DNA from: an uncultured bacterium
GTDB taxonomy: Bacteria > Oederibacteriota > PGYV01 > CAWJRG01
Reading direction: 5' to 3'
Assembly: GCA_963845185.1 (NCBI GenBank)
Contig: CAWJRG010000010.1
Span: 608,001-672,000 of the forward strand
Length of the DNA stretch: 64,000 nt
Positions 59,901-64,000 of the stretch are shown in pieces. Position numbers and translations under genes: made by a program. Position 1 is the stretch's first letter. Each line of letters opens with the position of its first letter. Under the pieces are notes generated by a model. The model did no database searches and was not told the DNA's origin. It worked only from the letters and a program-made list of their open reading frames with translations.

Positions 59901-60179
59901 TCACCCGCAATCGCAGGAGACTTTTTTGCCCTTGCCCCTGAACTTTGAGGCAAGCACAGCTGACGCGCAGCCCGGGCCAGCGTCGACCTTTATCGCGCCG
60001 AACGCGCAGTTTGTCATGCATGCCCCACATTCAATGCATTTGTCTTTGGCGGTCACAATTGCCTTTTTCCCTTTCATCTGGAATATCCTGTGAGGGCACA
60101 CAATGACACACATCTGGCATCCTGTGCATTTTTTCTCGTTGTATTCAAGGGTGTTCAGGCCAAGGTAAGTCAGTTCCAT
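59901..60179 (-). CDS. hgcB: Mercury methylation ferredoxin HgcB
   Basis: Two CxxCxxCxxxC motifs, CIECGAC signature, GPGCA and C-terminal SCDCG; overlaps the hgcA stop. Confidence 0.93.
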   Translation of the reverse strand: MELTYLGLNTLEYNEKKCTGCQMCVIVCPHRIFQMKGKKAIVTAKDKCIECGACMTNCAFGAIKVDAGPGCASAVLASKFRGKGKKVSCDCG

Positions 60180-61348
60180 TTTATTGCACCTTTTATTACG
60201 AAGTCTGCTATCTGCAGGCCTATACCGATTATTGCCGCAATTATCATCACAGGCACTGATACTGCGATTTCTTTGCGCACGCCTGTAAGCGATGTGAAAG
60301 TAGATGTGCCTGTGTAATTCATGAAAATAAAAGAAGTAAATGCGGTAGATAGCATCACAATGGATGCCTGCGTGAGATGCGTCATGCCAAGCGCGAGCAG
60401 CACAAACGCCAGCGAACCTATGAGTCCGGTAACTGCTCCTTTAACCGAAAACATTCTGCCCGGCAATACAGGCAGCAGCGCAGCAGGCAGTACAGTCGCG
60501 CATAGCACTGCGACAAACAGGGCCTCTATAAAATACGCTGCGTTGGAAAAGCCCGTGGCCAGGTTAAAACCATTTTTTGTGAAACTTGCGGCCAGTACTG
60601 CAACAACAGAAGTAGTAAGTATTATCTTCACAGCAGATACAAACTCTATACCTGTTATTTCCATCCTTTTCCGCAACCCGAAACCAACTGTCCTCTGTTT
60701 TTCATCTGCCTTCATCCCGTTTTTCAAAAACTCTTTTATGTCCCGCGCCTCAACAGGCCCGAATATGACTTTGAACCTTGCGCCTTTCCTTACAAGGTGC
60801 GCTGCTATCCCCGGCGCGCCGAGCTGCGGCACTATCACGTCCCTGTGTGCGACAACCCTGTCCAGCTTCACAAGCTTTATCCTTTTAATAAGTTCCTCTG
60901 TCCCAAAAGTGCCCTTGCCTGCAGCGCACCAGACATTCACTCCCTTTGAGTCCAGCACAAGTATCCACGCGTCAATGCCTGTGAGTTCTTTTCTCAGCGA
61001 GTCAAAAGACATCTTGTAATTTGCAGATACCAGCACAGGCGAGTTCCTGTCTGGCTTTCCCACCGCGTATAACCCCGGCCGCACGCCATGGTTCATCCTG
61101 TTTATCCCGAACCGAGCAAGCAGGTTTCCTATTATATCGGTTATTCCTAATTTTGTCGGCACAACAGGCGCGCTGCCTCCTGCTGTTTTTAATATATCCA
61201 GCACGCGGAATTTTTTAAATTTTGTTATTTCCTTTATCGGCCCGCCGCAGCAGCATTCCTCTTCTTCTTTATCTTCTTCAGCCGCACATCCGCATGAAGC
61301 CTGTTCTTTTTCCTCTTCGCAGCAGCAGCTTTGCTTTTGTTTTTTCAC
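60170..61348 (-). CDS. hgcA: Mercury methylation corrinoid protein HgcA
   Basis: Cap-helix motif NVWCAAGKG, SANYKMSFD, PQLGAPG, GPVEARD; C-terminal TM domain with NYTGTSTFTS. Confidence 0.95.
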   Translation of the reverse strand: MKKQKQSCCCEEEKEQASCGCAAEEDKEEEECCCGGPIKEITKFKKFRVLDILKTAGGSAPVVPTKLGITDIIGNLLARFGINRMNHGVRPGLYAVGKPDRNSPVLVSANYKMSFDSLRKELTGIDAWILVLDSKGVNVWCAAGKGTFGTEELIKRIKLVKLDRVVAHRDVIVPQLGAPGIAAHLVRKGARFKVIFGPVEARDIKEFLKNGMKADEKQRTVGFGLRKRMEITGIEFVSAVKIILTTSVVAVLAASFTKNGFNLATGFSNAAYFIEALFVAVLCATVLPAALLPVLPGRMFSVKGAVTGLIGSLAFVLLALGMTHLTQASIVMLSTAFTSFIFMNYTGTSTFTSLTGVRKEIAVSVPVMIIAAIIGIGLQIADFVIKGAIKWN

Positions 61349-62265
61349 CTGCCTGCTCCTTTTCCCGCCTGTTTGCCGAATTCTATCGTGCTTTTTATGA
61401 AATCACCGGGCGTGCCGAAATCAAAGCGCCTGGCGTCTTTTATTTCCAGCGCGCAGTATCCCTGCCTCTGCCTTAAGAGCTCCTGCGCATAGGTTAGCTG
61501 TATTTCGTTGTTCTGCCTGATATTGGCTGCTATCATTTCCTCAAGCACATCATATATACCCGGCGTAAGCACATGCATCCCGAACCAGCCGAGGAATTCG
61601 CCCGGTCTCAGCCCGCTGACTTTCAGTTTCTTCCCGGCTGTTTCTGCGCCTGGTTTTTCTATGATAAGCGACACGTCTATTAAACACGGGTTGTTTTTCC
61701 TCCGCACGCCCGCAATCACCCCGTAGCCTTTTAAATCTTTTGTCCGGATGCGGTTGACCGCAGAGACAGCCCTGCCGCACTCTTCATACGCCCTCATCAG
61801 CCGGCTATGGCAGGACCTGGCGCCTGACCTGAACAAATGGTCGCCGAGGCAAAGCAGTACAGGCTCATTGCCCGCGAACTTCCTGCTCTGGAATACGGCG
61901 TGCCCGTATCCTTCCTGTTTTTTCTGCACTGCGAATGATATCCTGCTTAATGCCGCGCGCATTTTTTTTGCTTCACCGTATAATGCCTTATGCTTTTTCA
62001 GCCTTCCGATATAATCGGCGTCCGGGCCGTTAAAATAATCCTCGATAAGCTTTTCTTCACCGGGCCTCACAATGACGCAGATTTCTTTTATCCCTGCGCC
62101 GATCAGGTCCATCACCTGGTAATGTATCATTGCCCTTGCTATGCCGTCGGGCCCGACCACAGGGAAAAGCTCTTTTTTGCAAGCGTGGACCGCAGGAAAC
62201 AGGCGCGTGCCCAGGCCTGCAACAGGTATGACTGCTTTTTTTATCATCATATTTCCCTTTTCCAT
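61345..62265 (-). CDS. Sugar-1-phosphate nucleotidyltransferase (GalU-like)
   Basis: KAVIPVAGLGTRLFPA..ACKKELFP, QEGYGHAV, LGDH, IIEKP, EIQLT, RFDFG. Confidence 0.88.
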   Translation of the reverse strand: MEKGNMMIKKAVIPVAGLGTRLFPAVHACKKELFPVVGPDGIARAMIHYQVMDLIGAGIKEICVIVRPGEEKLIEDYFNGPDADYIGRLKKHKALYGEAKKMRAALSRISFAVQKKQEGYGHAVFQSRKFAGNEPVLLCLGDHLFRSGARSCHSRLMRAYEECGRAVSAVNRIRTKDLKGYGVIAGVRRKNNPCLIDVSLIIEKPGAETAGKKLKVSGLRPGEFLGWFGMHVLTPGIYDVLEEMIAANIRQNNEIQLTYAQELLRQRQGYCALEIKDARRFDFGTPGDFIKSTIEFGKQAGKGAGR

Positions 62266-63692
62266 CCTGCTTTACCTTTCCTGTATGCCAGCGCGCCGAA
62301 CTCTTCCGCGCCCGGCGAGGTTCCGGAAAAAACATCCGGTTTTAACCCGGTTTCTTTTTCGTATTCATCTGCTACGGCGCGTATTTCTTTTGCGATGGTT
62401 TTCCTGCTGCCGAATACCGCCACAGTACCGCCGGAGCCTCCGCCTGTTATTTTTGCTCCGTACAATCCGCCCGGCCTTACCCTTTTTTTTACGCAATCCA
62501 CCAGGTAGTCCGTCTCAGGCACCGACAGCCGGCAGTTTTTACCGTAGCTTTCATGGCACGCGAACATGTACGTACCGGCTTTTATAAAATCCTTTTCGTC
62601 CTTTGCTGTTTTCAGCGCCTGTATAAATCCCAGCACTCTCTGGTTTTCGTGTACCGGGTGCGCCGTCGGCCCGGCTACCCTGTAAGCCCTGTCATGCCTT
62701 ATTTCGGTTGCCGGGTCCTCATGCGTCCTGAATTTTTTCAAAAACCCGCTGCCGCTTATCGTTTCCGGCAGCAGGCCCCTGTATTTTTTTTCGAATTCCG
62801 CCGCGCCAAGCTCGGTCAGGTACTGTATTTCTTTTTCGCCTTTTGACGCGCGCGCAGCGTTGATTATGCGCTTGCCCATAAAAGCGCCTGTGCGCACGTC
62901 GCCGTATGCCCTGCCTGCGACTGAATGCCTGACCATTGAATTAATTCCTGCAAAAGCAGCGCCTCGGGGTATGCTTATCTCGCCTGCTATGCTGCCCGGC
63001 CTGCATAAAATATGGAGTAGTTTCCCGTGCCTGCCCGCGGCAACTGTTATCTGGTCCATTGCGCCGCACGGCGCGCCCACTACCATGTTTTCAGCGAGCT
63101 GCCCGAGCTCGGCCATGCGCAATGCCGGCATGTCCAGCTTCAGGTAATTCTGCAGGGCGTAAAGCGTGGATATTTCCACGGCAGCCGAGCTGCTTATGCC
63201 CGAGTTCATGGGCACCCCGCTTAAAAGGAAAATATTGAGGCCGTTATAAAGGCGCATGCTGTGTTCTTTTAGGAGGACAAAAATAGAACCTACTATATAA
63301 GCGGACCATGCCGCAAGAGGGTTTGACCGGCAGATGGACCTGATTTGCCCGTATGCCGCATATTCCCCGTTTGAGTTGAATAAATCCAGCGGTATTCCTG
63401 TTTCCGCAGCCAGGTTCTGCGCGCCCATCTGCAGTGTCCTTATCCTGATTGTCCGGTCTTTCCGCGGCTGTATTGCCATGGCTATGCCGCAGCCGAGCGT
63501 GCCTTCGCATACGTTGCTGCCCGAATAGTCGGCTATGCCGCCCATGATGTCAAGCCTAGCAGGCACCCTTGTGACAGTGATTCCGCTTTGGTTGAAAAAT
63601 CCGTCCAGCCCTGGTTGGCTGTTTTGTTTCTCATTCAAAAGCGATTCAAACCGCGCAATTTCCGGCAGCAGTTTATTGTCCAAATGGCTCAT
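62247..63692 (-). CDS. GHMP-family sugar kinase, L-arabinokinase/galactokinase-like
   Basis: PARLDIMGGIADYSGS, PMNSGISSSAA, ENMVVGAPCGAMDQ, GAKITGGGSGGTV; ATG 63692 overlaps the upstream stop (ATGA). Confidence 0.85.
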   Translation of the reverse strand: MSHLDNKLLPEIARFESLLNEKQNSQPGLDGFFNQSGITVTRVPARLDIMGGIADYSGSNVCEGTLGCGIAMAIQPRKDRTIRIRTLQMGAQNLAAETGIPLDLFNSNGEYAAYGQIRSICRSNPLAAWSAYIVGSIFVLLKEHSMRLYNGLNIFLLSGVPMNSGISSSAAVEISTLYALQNYLKLDMPALRMAELGQLAENMVVGAPCGAMDQITVAAGRHGKLLHILCRPGSIAGEISIPRGAAFAGINSMVRHSVAGRAYGDVRTGAFMGKRIINAARASKGEKEIQYLTELGAAEFEKKYRGLLPETISGSGFLKKFRTHEDPATEIRHDRAYRVAGPTAHPVHENQRVLGFIQALKTAKDEKDFIKAGTYMFACHESYGKNCRLSVPETDYLVDCVKKRVRPGGLYGAKITGGGSGGTVAVFGSRKTIAKEIRAVADEYEKETGLKPDVFSGTSPGAEEFGALAYRKGKAGWKREI

Positions 63693-64000
63693 TTTATAAA
63701 CACTCCCTGTAAAATAAGCAGTCCAGCTCCGGTAAAAATAAACGGGCAAAGCTTGTACGGCAGGAAATTTATCTGAAAGCCCGTGAAAAGCGACAGTATA
63801 GACATGGCGATGAGCATTAAAAATATAAGCACATACACTGCCTTTGCCACGTCAATGCCTTTGTCCTCGACAATTGCCGTAGTAATAGCCAATATGCCCA
63901 AAAATATCAGCGCCATGCCCTCGGTCACCCATTCCATTGTTATTACTCTGGCGTTGTCAAGGGTGATGTTTCCGAATCCTTTTACAACCGATACTGTTGG
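63689..64000 (-). CDS. Hypothetical membrane protein, 5' end outside the window
   Basis: Frame is open to the window edge (...VVKGFGNITLDNARVITMEWVTEG...), with hydrophobic helices. Confidence 0.65.
   Translation of the reverse strand, partial: PTVSVVKGFGNITLDNARVITMEWVTEGMALIFLGILAITTAIVEDKGIDVAKAVYVLIFLMLIAMSILSLFTGFQINFLPYKLCPFIFTGAGLLILQGVFIK

Noticed and set aside
60170..61348. Acetyl-CoA synthase corrinoid subunit (CdhD/CdhE) rather than HgcA
   Set aside because: The Cys-containing cap helix, TM domain and adjacent HgcB are diagnostic for HgcA.
185..63776. Numerous plus-strand and nested ORFs in the track (e.g. 185-745, 5952-6584, 58842-59630, 60321-61019)
   Set aside because: They are antisense or out-of-frame shadows of well-supported genes, with no motifs or RBS.

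Overview
Bacterial genomic DNA of moderate GC, with nearly all genes on the minus strand. The organism has an outer membrane (TonB receptors, PorV-like barrel) and probably degrades polysaccharides anaerobically. Its Thr/Pro-linker CAZymes with FlgD/T9SS-like C-termini resemble those of candidate lineages such as Goldbacteria/Firestonebacteria, but that taxonomy is inference only. Layout: (1) 1-9.3 kb housekeeping block (ugd, yicC, gmk, rpoZ, coaBC, S8 protease, PorV-like, GT4). (2) 9.5-29.5 kb accessory genes (TonB receptor, FGE-domain lipoprotein, desaturase, phosphatases, GH43, GH62, GH95, Lnu-like nucleotidyltransferase) separated by palindrome-rich spacers. (3) A cobalamin-riboswitch-controlled corrinoid uptake/salvage operon. 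(4) Two CBM-bearing glycoside hydrolases that share a recently duplicated N-terminal module. (5) An AT-rich island (42-51 kb) with a TA-like nucleotidyltransferase pair and a NACHT + STAND/AAA ATPase pair; an intact IS3 element interrupts the ATPase. (6) GH5, MFS pump, modular GH30 and LacI. (7) The mercury methylation genes hgcA-hgcB, translationally coupled behind an arabinokinase-like GHMP kinase and a sugar-phosphate nucleotidyltransferase. Top findings are hgcAB in this unusual operon, a five-copy covarying two-hairpin leader motif, and the putative paired-NTPase defence system. Four genes carry single frameshifts that may be assembly errors.
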